Position numbers and translations under genes: made by a program. The notes beneath the pieces are model-generated. The model had not been told where the DNA came from. It worked only from the letters and a program-made list of their open reading frames with translations, and did no database searches. From positions 2,977-66,976 of the forward strand of contig CASGHD010000029.1 of the NCBI GenBank assembly GCA_949319575.1: DNA of 64,000 nucleotides, written 5' to 3'. This stretch comes from an uncultured Anaerolineales bacterium (GTDB lineage Bacteria; Chloroflexota; Anaerolineae; Anaerolineales; Villigracilaceae). Shown in pieces: positions 41,425 to 51,551 of the stretch (position 1 is the first letter of the stretch; every line of letters begins with the position of its first letter).

Positions 41425-44319
41425 TCAGGGAACCAACAAGGTGGCATACATCGAGAAATGGAAGCTGTCCGATGTTGATAACGTGGAGTATGTCGCCGGG
41501 AGCGCGCCAAAGGTGTAGGAATAGTACCGACCCGAACCCGATAAAGCGACCCTGCCCGTGAGAGTATTGTTTTGAGGCAGGAATACCAGCCAGTATGTTC
41601 CGGCGGGCAGTGTGGTTTGCGTCAGCACGGGTTGAGTGTTCCACCCAGCAACTGGGGTAAACGCGGCAGTTTCTGCCAGACGGGCGCCGGGGGCGTTTCC
41701 GTTATTCGCGTAAATTCCCAGGCGTAGTTGTCCCCCCACCGTGGACACATAGTAGCTCAGGCTTTGTATCGTGGCGCTTTGCGAAAGCGTTACCTGCTGG
41801 GCGATCAATAGATTTCCCATGCCAGAGTACGGAGTTGTCAGAACGCTCGTTTCACCGACGGTGATGGGGGTTCCGCCGGAGGATGTGGAAGTGGGTATGG
41901 CTGAATTTGTCGGCGTTGGAGTTCTGGTAGCAGTATTCGTGGAGGTCGCTGTAAACAACGGAGCGGATGTGGCGGTTAGTGAAGGCGTAAATGTTGCCGT
42001 ACTGGTCGGTGTATATGTCGATGTGGGCGTTAATGTCCTTGTTGCTGTGTTTGTCGGTGTGGATGTAAAGAGCGGAGTGAATGTTGCCGTGGGTGTGTAG
42101 GTTGGCGTGTTGGTGATGGTTGGCGTGAACGTATGAGTCGGTGTCGCTGTAGGCGTCGGCGTTTTTGTAATGGTCGGCGCGGTTGTGGGCGCGCTTGTTG
42201 GCGCGGCGCCGAGAGCAAATGTGGCATAGAAAGAAAAGCGGAATGTGCCCGAAGCGGAAGAAGCCGAGTAGGTTGCCGGCAATGCCCCGAATGTGTAGCC
42301 ATAATAGCGCCCCGCCCCCGCGTACGTCATGCGCCCCGCCACGGTGTTGTTCTGAGGCAGGAAGACCAGCCAATACGTTCCAGCGGGAAGCGAAATCGGC
42401 GTAATGACCGGTTGCGTATTCCACCCGACCACGGGCGTGAAAGCGGCTGTTTGCGCCGCCAAGGTTCCCGGTACGCTTCCTGAATTGTTATAGATTCCCA
42501 GCCGCAACTGCCCACCCGCCGTTGACACGTAATAACTCAGGCTTTGAATGGTTGCAGTCTGTGAAAGTGTTACCTGCTGCGCCACCAGTTGATTGCCAGC
42601 GCCGGAGTAGGGTATGCCCAGGATGGTTGTTTCGCCGATATTAAAGAAAGGCGATTGCGTATTCGTCGCGGTGACTGTGGGCGTGTTGGTAGCGGTGTGA
42701 GCAGGCGTGGATGTGAACGTGGATGTGGATGTGGGCTGGGGTGTGAACGTCGGGGTGTTGACAGATGTTGAGGTGGGCGTGGCGGTGGCTACCGGAGTTC
42801 CGGGCATGACGAATTCGAAAGCGCCCATATCGCATCCGACGCCTTGTGGGCGGGCAATGCCGCGTTGATCTTCGTTTGCGCACACACTGTTCACGCCGGC
42901 GGAATTCAAGGCTGAACTCCCCGCGATCAACGCGTGTGTGTTTGTAAATCCGCCGTTATTTTCCAACGCGCCCAAAAGCGGATCGGTCGTGATTAGATTT
43001 GTACAAGTCGTGCTTGAGGGACACCCGCCCTGAACCAGGCTGTCTGTAACGGTGGCGGCGCTAGATTCATCATTCTTGATCTCATCGTTCGTGCCGCCAT
43101 TTGCCCATAGAATACTGTTGGCGATCTGTGGCGCGCTACCCGTCAAATTGAGCATGGCGTCGCCTCCCGCTGTGCCGGAAGCATTGACGCTGTGATTGTC
43201 CGTAAAGGTAACGTGATTAAAAATCGGGTCGCCGTCGATATTCAGGATGCCGCCGCCGCCCCAGGGCGCGCCCCCCGAACTTTCAAACGAAATATTCCCG
43301 CTAAAGGTCACATTTGTGAAGACCGGATTGGCGTATTCATTCAAAATACCTCCGCCTCGGCGGGTGGCAGTATTGCCATTGAAAGTCACACGGTCAAGCG
43401 TGGTCTGGCTATTATTGTTGAACAGACCTCCGCCGCCAACAGCGTCATTGTTCGTGAAGACCACATCCACCAATGTCGGGAGATTTGGTTCATCCACGCC
43501 GGGACCGCCCAACGTCTGAAGATTCAGACCGCCGCCCGCGGCAAATGTGGCAGTGTTCTCTGTAAATGTTACCCGCGTGAAAGAGGCGCTTCCATTTTGC
43601 ACATACACGCCGCCGCCAATACCCGCTGTGTTGTTGCTGACTGTGATATCTGTGAAGGAGGCGCGGCTGTAGTTGGCTTCCACACCCGAGGTGGAAATAA
43701 CAAACACGCCGCCGCCGCGCCCATTGGCATTATTCGCCGTGATGAGCAGGTTGCGAAGCGTGGGGCTGGTATTCTGGATGTACATGCCGCCGCCGACCCC
43801 GCTCCCTGAATTCTGGTTGCCGCCGGTGATGGTGAATCCATCCAGCGCGTATGCGTCAGAGAGAGTCCCATTCGCGGTAACAACTGAGTAGGCATTCCCG
43901 GCGTTGCCCGCCGATTGATCGATATCGCCGCTTAGGATGGTCTCGTTTGTAGCCGGGTTGGAATCGCGCTGGCTCAACAGGGTATCGCCTACCGTAAACC
44001 CGCCATAGATCGAAACGCCATTTTTGAGCGCGAAGGAACTATTGCGGTCGTTGTTTGCGTGGCTAGAGCCTTCATCGGGATAATACGTGCCGCCCGCCGC
44101 CCAAATCTGATCGCCGTTTGATGCGGCCGCTAAAGCATCCTGTAAACTTGAATAGGCGGTCGCCCAGCTACACCCGTCCGGGCTGGGGGCGGCGGAGTTG
44201 GCATCCACATACACCACTCCCGCGCATGACGCGCCGGCGGATGACAAGATCGCAAATTGCGATAGGACAATGGAAATAATGAACAACGCGGAAAGAATCG
44301 AACGAGAACGGTCTTTCAT
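41425..44319 (-). CDS. Secreted parallel beta-helix (PbH1 / choice-of-anchor-Q-like) protein with two duplicated C-terminal ~145-aa modules joined by T/P-rich linkers
   Basis: Signal peptide; CSWATAYSSLQDALAAA...; repeated GGG[VIL]x motifs; DPLLGALENNGGFTNTHAL...DQRGIARPQGVGCDMGAFEF. Module A lies at nt 42214-42648 and module B at nt 41437-41868; they are clearly homologous. Confidence 0.85.
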   Translation of the reverse strand: MKDRSRSILSALFIISIVLSQFAILSSAGASCAGVVYVDANSAAPSPDGCSWATAYSSLQDALAAASNGDQIWAAGGTYYPDEGSSHANNDRNSSFALKNGVSIYGGFTVGDTLLSQRDSNPATNETILSGDIDQSAGNAGNAYSVVTANGTLSDAYALDGFTITGGNQNSGSGVGGGMYIQNTSPTLRNLLITANNANGRGGGVFVISTSGVEANYSRASFTDITVSNNTAGIGGGVYVQNGSASFTRVTFTENTATFAAGGGLNLQTLGGPGVDEPNLPTLVDVVFTNNDAVGGGGLFNNNSQTTLDRVTFNGNTATRRGGGILNEYANPVFTNVTFSGNISFESSGGAPWGGGGILNIDGDPIFNHVTFTDNHSVNASGTAGGDAMLNLTGSAPQIANSILWANGGTNDEIKNDESSAATVTDSLVQGGCPSSTTCTNLITTDPLLGALENNGGFTNTHALIAGSSALNSAGVNSVCANEDQRGIARPQGVGCDMGAFEFVMPGTPVATATPTSTSVNTPTFTPQPTSTSTFTSTPAHTATNTPTVTATNTQSPFFNIGETTILGIPYSGAGNQLVAQQVTLSQTATIQSLSYYVSTAGGQLRLGIYNNSGSVPGTLAAQTAAFTPVVGWNTQPVITPISLPAGTYWLVFLPQNNTVAGRMTYAGAGRYYGYTFGALPATYSASSASGTFRFSFYATFALGAAPTSAPTTAPTITKTPTPTATPTHTFTPTITNTPTYTPTATFTPLFTSTPTNTATRTLTPTSTYTPTSTATFTPSLTATSAPLFTATSTNTATRTPTPTNSAIPTSTSSGGTPITVGETSVLTTPYSGMGNLLIAQQVTLSQSATIQSLSYYVSTVGGQLRLGIYANNGNAPGARLAETAAFTPVAGWNTQPVLTQTTLPAGTYWLVFLPQNNTLTGRVALSGSGRYYSYTFGALPATYSTLSTSDSFHFSMYATLLVP

Positions 44320-44402
44320 ACAATCTCCTCATAAGCGGTCCGCTTCCATGTGCCAGAGTTCCATGGCATGGCGGAAAATCAAAATAAAAAAATCAAAAGG
44401 GA

Positions 44403-45581
44403 CTACCGATCGGCAATCTCTTTAATCAACCCAAAAAACTTGAGCATCACTTTCGAGCAGTCGTATTGTTCGGCAACCAACGAGGTTGCATTGATGGATA
44501 TCCTGTCGCGCAGCGCCCGGTCTTGAAGCAAATTTATAACATACGACGCAAACATTTTCGGCTCATCTGTAACCAAAAGGTTCTCCCCGGGTTTGGCGTC
44601 CAGCCCCTCCGCGCCCTTGGAGGTCGCCACCACCGGCGTCCCGATCGCCATCGCCTCCAGAATCTTCAACCGCGTGCCACCCCCGCTCTGGAGCGGCGCA
44701 ATGGCAACCACGGACGACGCGATCAACGATTTGATATCCTCCACAAATCCCGCGAGAATAATATTTTGACTGGATGGAAGAGGCAGGTTTTCATGGTCGC
44801 CGGTGATCACCAGTTTCGCATCGGGGATCTTTTTCAACACCAGGGGGAAAACTTCACCGACAAACCAAAGCATGGCTTCGTAATTCACGCGATATTTGAA
44901 CGGACCCGTAAAGATGACAGTGTTTGCTTTTTTCTCCACGTTCGCGCTTGAATATTCGCTGATATCGATGCAATTGGGAATGGCTTCCACCTGGTCTTTA
45001 TGCCGGGGAAAATTTCTCGTCACCAAACCGCGCTCGGTTTCAGAAGCGACCGAAATGAAACGAAACCCATTAAAAAGCCGCGAAAGATAATAACGATATT
45101 TGAACCAGGTCAGGGCATGGCGGAGGCGAATTTTGCCGTCCGGGGAAAACGCGCGATCGTGAAACAAGCCGATCTCCAATTCCTCGAACAGCGCCGGTAT
45201 CCCTTGAAAATATGGATAGTAAGCCGCCATCTGCAACTGGGACGCGATGACAAGATCGAACTTCTGCCCTGTGATGGCTGTAGTGATCGCGCCCGCCATC
45301 GCCGGTGAAAATGTGTCGATCACCGAGCGCGGTTTCAACGACAAAAACCCGAGGCGCGCCTGCCATGTGCCCGGCTCGAACTCCTTCCACGGGACGACGA
45401 CGATTTCCGAACACAGGCTTCGGATTTCAGACGCTTCGGGACGCCCCCCGGTCTGGTCTACAAAACTCAACAGGGTCACATCGTGATGCGGACCCAACCC
45501 GCGCAACAGGTTGTAGATGCGCACTTTGGAGCCGTTGTTCACCGGGTACGGAAACCAACGCGAGAGAAAAAGGATTTTCAT
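44403..45581 (-). CDS. Glycosyltransferase family 4
   Basis: MKILFLSRWFPYPVNNGSKVRIYN...; GGGTRLKILEAMAIGTPVV. Confidence 0.88.
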   Translation of the reverse strand: MKILFLSRWFPYPVNNGSKVRIYNLLRGLGPHHDVTLLSFVDQTGGRPEASEIRSLCSEIVVVPWKEFEPGTWQARLGFLSLKPRSVIDTFSPAMAGAITTAITGQKFDLVIASQLQMAAYYPYFQGIPALFEELEIGLFHDRAFSPDGKIRLRHALTWFKYRYYLSRLFNGFRFISVASETERGLVTRNFPRHKDQVEAIPNCIDISEYSSANVEKKANTVIFTGPFKYRVNYEAMLWFVGEVFPLVLKKIPDAKLVITGDHENLPLPSSQNIILAGFVEDIKSLIASSVVAIAPLQSGGGTRLKILEAMAIGTPVVATSKGAEGLDAKPGENLLVTDEPKMFASYVINLLQDRALRDRISINATSLVAEQYDCSKVMLKFFGLIKEIADR

Positions 45582-46817
45582 TTAATTGATCAATGCCCGG
45601 AGGTATCGCTCGATCTCGTCGGTCATGCGTTGCAGGTCGAATTTGCTTCGCGCAGTTTCGCGCCCGGCGCTTCCCAGTTTTTCCCTCAATGCAGGCGACT
45701 CGATCAGTCGTCGCAATGCTTGAGCCAGGCTAAAGGAATCGCCAACCTCGAACACAAGAGCATTTTCATCGTGGACGAGTATCTCAGCCGCGCCGCCCAC
45801 CGCGGTCCCTACAACTGCCATCCCGGAAGCCATCGCTTCCACGATCACCCTCCCGAACGGCTCCTGCCAGATGGAGGTGAACAAAAACAGATCGGATTGT
45901 CGGTACAGCGCCGGTAACGATTCTTTGGGCTGTGCAGGCAGAAACGTCACGAATGAGGAGAGCGAGTCGCGCTCGACCGTCTTGTGAAGCGAGTCGAGAT
46001 AGTCCGCTTCGCCATCGCCCACAATGGTCAATTTCAGGTGTTTGATTCCATTTTTTTTGACAAGCTGCGACACCGCCTCAATGGCGGTGTGAGCGCCTTT
46101 CTCATGGGTAAGCCGCCCAACATACAATAGCGAGACAACATCGCTCGTCTTCGGCAATTGCTTACCTTCAAGATAGGGAGTTGTATCCACAGCCCCAAAG
46201 ACAACCCGCCCCTCGGTTGAGGGTATTCCCGCCTGCTTAAATTCTTTCCGCATAAAATCAGATGGGAAGAGAACGCGGCGAAGAAGCAGGCGCGGCTTTT
46301 CCTCTCGCGACAAAACTCCACGGGCAATCGGCTTCAACAACAATTTCGGCAGGCCCGTAAAAAACGAGCGCGGCGATGCGTTCCAATAATTTTCGTACTG
46401 GCTGGGAAGCGTGGGCCAGTAATCGCCCATGTAATAGACCGTCTGCTCGGGCATGAGCGACTCGGCAAGGGCGGGCAGTGATCGGGGGAAATTCCACATC
46501 CCCCAAACGAGGATGGTCTCCGGCGCCCAAGCCTTCACCGTTTCACGAAGCAATGCCAGATTTTCGCGCTCCCGTTGTTTGCGGCGCGTAAAGAACCAGA
46601 CCGCATTTTTCAGCGAGGCGAATTCCATTTCGAGGCGCAGTTCGCGCCTCACCCAGAGCGGGTCGGGCGATGGCAACGTATCCCGTCCGTGCGCGCTGGT
46701 GAGGATCAGCACATCATGCCCTCGCGCTCGCAACCCATCCCCCACTTCCTGACACCATTGTTCATATCCGCCACGGCTGGCGGGCGGGTAAAAGTTAGTG
46801 AGAAATAGGATTCTCAT
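45582..46817 (-). CDS. Glycosyltransferase family 4
   Basis: MRILFLTNFYPPASRGGYEQ...; EPFGRVIVEAMASGMAVV. It abuts the downstream gene with zero gap. Confidence 0.88.
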   Translation of the reverse strand: MRILFLTNFYPPASRGGYEQWCQEVGDGLRARGHDVLILTSAHGRDTLPSPDPLWVRRELRLEMEFASLKNAVWFFTRRKQRERENLALLRETVKAWAPETILVWGMWNFPRSLPALAESLMPEQTVYYMGDYWPTLPSQYENYWNASPRSFFTGLPKLLLKPIARGVLSREEKPRLLLRRVLFPSDFMRKEFKQAGIPSTEGRVVFGAVDTTPYLEGKQLPKTSDVVSLLYVGRLTHEKGAHTAIEAVSQLVKKNGIKHLKLTIVGDGEADYLDSLHKTVERDSLSSFVTFLPAQPKESLPALYRQSDLFLFTSIWQEPFGRVIVEAMASGMAVVGTAVGGAAEILVHDENALVFEVGDSFSLAQALRRLIESPALREKLGSAGRETARSKFDLQRMTDEIERYLRALIN

Positions 46818-48073
46818 CCGGCGTATCCCGCGGGACCAATTTTTTTCAAAAAGACTTCAATGCCGTTCGTCATTTGCTGGATGGTGAATCGCTCTGACGC
46901 AAGTTTGCGGCCCACGTCCACCAATCGGCGGCCCAGTTCGGGGTCCGAGAGGAGGCGGGTGATACGGTCGGCGAGTCCTTGCGCGTCTTCCGGCTCGAAC
47001 AGCATCTTCCTATCGTAATGGCGAAAGACCTCGCGACTCCCGCCCACGTTAGAGCCGATGACCACCAGCCCAGCCATCATCGCCTCAATGATGGTGCGCC
47101 CAAATGGTTCGGGCCAGGTAGATGTAAAGAGGAAGACATCATACTCGTTCAACACGGCGGGGATTTCTTCGCGGGCAACTTTACCGGAGAAGCGGACGAT
47201 GCGTTCGATCCCCAATTCTTCGACTCGCTGTTGCAGGTACTTTTTATATTCGGGATGCCCGTCGCCCAGGATGGTCAACTCGACCCGGTCGGCGAATCCT
47301 TTTTGCGCCAGCAAGCCCAATGCTTCGATCGCGGTATGCACACCTTTATCAGGCACGAGCCTGCCGAAATAAAGCAAACGGGTCGTTTGCCCCCTCTTCG
47401 CGGATTTCTTTTTTTGCGCGAGTTGTCGGAACGGCGCGGGGTCGGCTCCCGCATAGACGACAGACGCGCTCGGCGGAAATTTCCCGGCGTTCACCAAGGT
47501 ATCGCGCACGTAGTCACTGCAACAAATAACATGATCAAACTTTAAGCGCGGCGGATATCCCTGCCGTTTGAGACGCGATAACGCAAACGCCCTGAGAAAC
47601 CGTTTGAACCATTCGGTCACGCGCCGATTCGCCGGGGACTTCCAATATGCCAGATGCAGGTCTTCGTCTGTGGGCCAATAGGAAGCCATGTAATAGGTCA
47701 CGCGACCCGGTATCCATTGCTCCGCCCAATACGGCAGGTTGTGTGACATGGCAAACATTCCCCAGAACATGACCACATCAGGCTTGAACACGTCTATGGC
47801 ATTTTTCAATTCCGCCAGGTTTTCTTTTTCCTGCCGGGGAAGTTTGAAGAAAAAATTGAGCGGCTTGTAGTAATGAAGGTCCGCCATCAAGCGCAGAGTG
47901 CGGGTCACGTTTCCCGAGCGTGTTTCTTCCTCCGATTTCACCCCATAGCGGCTGGTGAGGACGCTCACCGCGTGCCCGCGCGCGAGCAGTTCGCGAGTCA
48001 CCTCATGGCATAACTGTTCATAACCGCCCAGTTCGTAAGGCGGGTATTGGCTGGAAACAAATAGGATGCGCAT
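46814..48073 (-). CDS. Glycosyltransferase family 4
   Basis: The ATG at 48073 (MRILFVSSQYPPYELGGYEQ) shares one nt with the upstream stop (TAATG). EPFGRTIIEAMMAGLVVI. Paralogue of 45582-46817. Confidence 0.85.
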   Translation of the reverse strand: MRILFVSSQYPPYELGGYEQLCHEVTRELLARGHAVSVLTSRYGVKSEEETRSGNVTRTLRLMADLHYYKPLNFFFKLPRQEKENLAELKNAIDVFKPDVVMFWGMFAMSHNLPYWAEQWIPGRVTYYMASYWPTDEDLHLAYWKSPANRRVTEWFKRFLRAFALSRLKRQGYPPRLKFDHVICCSDYVRDTLVNAGKFPPSASVVYAGADPAPFRQLAQKKKSAKRGQTTRLLYFGRLVPDKGVHTAIEALGLLAQKGFADRVELTILGDGHPEYKKYLQQRVEELGIERIVRFSGKVAREEIPAVLNEYDVFLFTSTWPEPFGRTIIEAMMAGLVVIGSNVGGSREVFRHYDRKMLFEPEDAQGLADRITRLLSDPELGRRLVDVGRKLASERFTIQQMTNGIEVFLKKIGPAGYAG

Positions 48074-49287
48074 TATTTCGATCTCCCCATCATGCGGCGC
48101 AAGGAGTGGATCAACGTTGCGCCGAGGAGAGAGCGCAGCAAGAACCCAACAAAGGCGCGCTCCCCAATGAGCAAAGGTTGAAAACGCAATGCGCCGAGGA
48201 AATATTTCCGCGCCGCGCGTATATTGCCTTGACCGTATGCCAGCAAGCCAAACGCGTAACACGCGTGAGCGTTTGCCGATGGTTTGAACCCTGCCAAGCG
48301 CAGTTCATGGTCGGCAAACAACTCCTCCAACAACCGCAGTGTTACGCGCGCATTCTGCTCGAGGTTGATCGACGCGAACTCGCCGCGATACCCCTTCGGC
48401 TGGTCGCCGCACGCCAACTCGTAGAATGTTTCCACACGCGCCAACAAGGCAGGTTGCGCGATCGCCATCGAGCGCAGGCATTCATACGCGCGGACTTCGT
48501 TCTTTGCCTGAAGATATTCCACAGCGGATACGAGGTAAGCGCGGCTGTATGCGCGACGCTGTTCCCCGCTCCATTCGCCAGTGGGGGCTGGCTCGGCTCC
48601 GAAATTCTTTTTCACCACTTGCAAGCGGTTCTCGAACTGCCGCGTCGGGTCGGTGGACATACTGCCCGGCAAAATGCGATGACGGGTCAAAATCTTCGTT
48701 GTGTGAATCACCTTGAAGCGGCTGGCGATCCTCAGCCACATATCCAAATCTTCGAGGGCGCGAAGGGAGGTATCGAACAAGCCAACGGCATCGTAGCAAT
48801 GTTTACGCGCGAACATCGCTTCGGGCACGAGGAAGTTCCCATCCACCAGCGCCCAATATAAATTTTCAGGCGCAACTTCCCTCGCTTCGATCTGCGGCAA
48901 AGGGCGATTCAAATGATCGACAAATCGATACCCGCAATACACGCCATCGGCATCCGGCCGGCTTTGCAATGCGGCAACGAGCGTCTCGATAAATTCGGGT
49001 TCATACATATCGTCCGCATCCAGCGCGCCGATGAATTCCCCTCGCGAGGCAGTGATGCCGGTATTGCGCGCGGCGGAAAGCCCCTGGTTTTGCTGAAAGA
49101 TCGGGCGAACCTTATCGCCGAACGCGCCGATCACCTCGCGGCTGTGATCGCGCGAGCCATCGTCCACAACGATAATTTCGACGTTGCGGTAGGTTTGCCT
49201 CAACACGCTGTGAATCGCGTCTTCGATATATTGGGCATGGTTGTAATTGGGAATGATGATGCTAACAAGTGGAAAGGATTCAGGCAT
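48073..49287 (-). CDS. Glycosyltransferase family 2 with ~170-aa helical C-terminal extension
   Basis: VSIIIPNYNHAQYIEDAIHSV, IIVVDDGSRDHS, DADD. The C-terminal half is helix-rich (TPR-like?). Confidence 0.85.
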   Translation of the reverse strand: MPESFPLVSIIIPNYNHAQYIEDAIHSVLRQTYRNVEIIVVDDGSRDHSREVIGAFGDKVRPIFQQNQGLSAARNTGITASRGEFIGALDADDMYEPEFIETLVAALQSRPDADGVYCGYRFVDHLNRPLPQIEAREVAPENLYWALVDGNFLVPEAMFARKHCYDAVGLFDTSLRALEDLDMWLRIASRFKVIHTTKILTRHRILPGSMSTDPTRQFENRLQVVKKNFGAEPAPTGEWSGEQRRAYSRAYLVSAVEYLQAKNEVRAYECLRSMAIAQPALLARVETFYELACGDQPKGYRGEFASINLEQNARVTLRLLEELFADHELRLAGFKPSANAHACYAFGLLAYGQGNIRAARKYFLGALRFQPLLIGERAFVGFLLRSLLGATLIHSLRRMMGRSK

Positions 49288-49414
49288 GGAAGCAGGTAAG
49301 GGGGTGGGAATGTTGCGTTAGGAGATGTAGTGCAACCGCATCCCCAACAGGGAATTTATATTTTTACGAACTCTTAGAGAGTGTTTCTTAAGTCTGTGTC
49401 ATCTTCTTTTTGTA

Positions 49415-49501
49415 CGCGGATTGCGCGGAAAACACGGGGAAGAGCATCTTTTTTTGATGGTTTTTCCGTGCAACTCCGTGAAATCCGTGGCGTCCGTGTC
49501 C
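49415..49501. repeat. Hairpin/heptamer repeat element (CACGG ... T-run ... CCGTG x4)
   Basis: aacacgggga-agagcatctttttttgatggttttt-ccgtgcaactccgtgaaatccgtggcgtccgtg. The layout matches the MITE core. Confidence 0.55.
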
Positions 49502-49526
49502 AAAAAAGCCTTTAAGAAGCAGTCTC

Positions 49527-50825
49527 TTAGAGGTCTTGGACAGGCTGGCGGTCGATCACGGCTTGGAAGATACGTTCAAGACGGGCGAGGTAACTTTCCC
49601 AAGAGAAGTTCTTTTCCGCTGAGTCGCGGGCGTTGGCTCCCAAACTCAAGCGCAAATGCGTGTCGGCGATCAGGCGCTCCAACGCGGTTGCCATCGCGTT
49701 CACATCCCCCGGCGGGACGAGCCTCCCGTTCACGCCATCCTCCACCACATCCACGATCTGACCGATGGACGAGGCGATCACCGCCAGCCCCGCAGACATA
49801 TACTCAAAAAGTTTCAACGGGGAGAGCCACATCTCCCGATCCATCGGGGGATACGGCACAACGGCAATATCCGCCGCCGCCATGTACTGCGGCACATCGG
49901 AATGAGACACGATGCCGGTAAAAATTACAGAACGGTCCAGGCCAAGTTCCTTGGCAAGCGCGCTCATGGCGGGTCGCCGTTCGCCATCTCCCACTAAAAC
50001 AAGCCGCGCAGTGGGGTGAGATTTCAAGACTTCGAGGAATGCCTTAAGCAGGGTGGGGACATCGTGCCAGTGGAAAAAATTTCCAACGAACAAAATCACA
50101 GGCTCCTGTTTCAAACCCAGTTTCGAGCGGATCTCCTCCCGCGCCAGTCGATCCGGCTTGAAGCGGTCGACATGCACCGCGTTTGGAAAAACAACCAGCT
50201 TTTCTTCGGGAACGTTCCATGTATTCACAAGACGCCGCCTGCCGGCGTTCGTCACGCAGATGACGCAATCTGCCGCCGACAGGTTAAATCGAAGAATTTG
50301 TTCCGCGCGCCGGCGAAGCAGACCGGTGATCGGCTTTTTCATGATGTCCAACTCCATGATCTGGTCGGCTTCAAAAAATATCACATACGGAAGGCGCAGG
50401 CGTTTTGCCACCATCGCCAGCCCGGAATTGTACATGCCGTTCCGTTCGTAGACTACATCTACAGAACTCAATCCCCGCAGCGCCGCGTCGAAATAGCGGT
50501 AGTTCGAAAAATAATTCAGGTACGGGACGCCAAACAGCTTTTGGATTCGCCATACGAGCTTGCTCGCTAACGAAAACCAAGCGGAAGCGCTCCACGAGCG
50601 GCGGGCGGGCGAAACAGTTTTCACGTCCGAAGTGACCGCGAATTCGTCCACGGTGAGCGGGGCGGCAAAGGTGAGCGAATGTCCGCGGCTGAGCAATCCG
50701 TTCGACAAATTCCGCTGGATGACGTAGGTGGCATCCGCGGGTTTGTCGTTCATCGCGTCGTGAAACGGCGCCCATTCAGGGACGCCTATGGCAATTTTGA
50801 GTTTCCTATTCGACCCGGAAGACAT
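49527..50825 (-). CDS. Glycosyltransferase family 4
   Basis: The C-terminal block SPLKLFEYMSAGLAVI is GT4-type; 432 aa. Confidence 0.85.
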   Translation of the reverse strand: MSSGSNRKLKIAIGVPEWAPFHDAMNDKPADATYVIQRNLSNGLLSRGHSLTFAAPLTVDEFAVTSDVKTVSPARRSWSASAWFSLASKLVWRIQKLFGVPYLNYFSNYRYFDAALRGLSSVDVVYERNGMYNSGLAMVAKRLRLPYVIFFEADQIMELDIMKKPITGLLRRRAEQILRFNLSAADCVICVTNAGRRRLVNTWNVPEEKLVVFPNAVHVDRFKPDRLAREEIRSKLGLKQEPVILFVGNFFHWHDVPTLLKAFLEVLKSHPTARLVLVGDGERRPAMSALAKELGLDRSVIFTGIVSHSDVPQYMAAADIAVVPYPPMDREMWLSPLKLFEYMSAGLAVIASSIGQIVDVVEDGVNGRLVPPGDVNAMATALERLIADTHLRLSLGANARDSAEKNFSWESYLARLERIFQAVIDRQPVQDL

Positions 50826-50872
50826 AGCAATGATTTCGTTGAGGGGTTTGAAAATGTTCGGCGATCCGCGCT

Positions 50873-51520
50873 TTATTCAGCCACGTCGCCGCGGGCAATG
50901 TATTCCGCCTTGTTCCCCGCGTTGCGGAGGATGCGGGCTGGCACGCCAACTGCCAAACTGTTCGGCGGCATATCTTTAACCACGACCGCGTTCGCGGCGA
51001 TAACGCAGTGATCGCCGATGGTAATTCCACCCAGCGTTTTCGCGCCGGAACTGATGTGCACGTAGTCGCCAATGGTCGGGCGCGCCCCTTCTTCATGCTT
51101 TGCCCCGATCGCCACATCCTGAAAGATCAGGCAGTTTCTGCCGATCGTCTCCGCATCCACATACGTGCCATGTCCGTGCATGATGATCAAACCATCGCCG
51201 ATGACCGTTGAGGGGGTGATCAACAAGGTTTCAAGCGGGGGCAGGAACCGTGTTGCGAAGAAAAGCAGGATACGATCCCACAGCCCGGCGGGTTCGCCCA
51301 GCCGAAAATACAGCAGGGTGCGGAACTCCTCGATATTCACCCCATTCATGAGCGCGCGAAGCTTGGACGCCAAGTCATCGCCGGATTTCTGTTGATAGAT
51401 CATCAACATCCAGCGGTCGATCTCCGCCTCGATAAGGATTCTGGCGGGAGATCGCTTCACCAGCATCAAGGCGGGGTACAGTTTCAACATCCGATAGAAC
51501 GAGCGCAGTTTCTCTAGCAT
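50873..51520 (-). CDS. Hexapeptide-repeat (LbH) O-acetyltransferase, serine-acetyltransferase-like
   Basis: The ATG at 51520 (MLEKLRSFYR) is used; the listed start at 51679 overlaps the upstream gene. Repeats IGDGLIIMHGHGTYV...IGRNCLIFQDVAIG...IGDYVHISSGAKTLGGITIGDHCVIAANAVV. Confidence 0.82.
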   Translation of the reverse strand: MLEKLRSFYRMLKLYPALMLVKRSPARILIEAEIDRWMLMIYQQKSGDDLASKLRALMNGVNIEEFRTLLYFRLGEPAGLWDRILLFFATRFLPPLETLLITPSTVIGDGLIIMHGHGTYVDAETIGRNCLIFQDVAIGAKHEEGARPTIGDYVHISSGAKTLGGITIGDHCVIAANAVVVKDMPPNSLAVGVPARILRNAGNKAEYIARGDVAE

Positions 51521-51551
51521 AATGGGTAGTTGTTCGCAATTCCGGGTTTGA

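Noticed and set aside
41869-42213. Nucleotide-level quasi-tandem repeats (acc/gtg/ggt-rich) that look like a microsatellite or array.
   Set aside because: They are in frame within the 964-aa ORF and encode the T/P-rich interdomain linker. This is low-complexity coding sequence, not an independent repeat feature.
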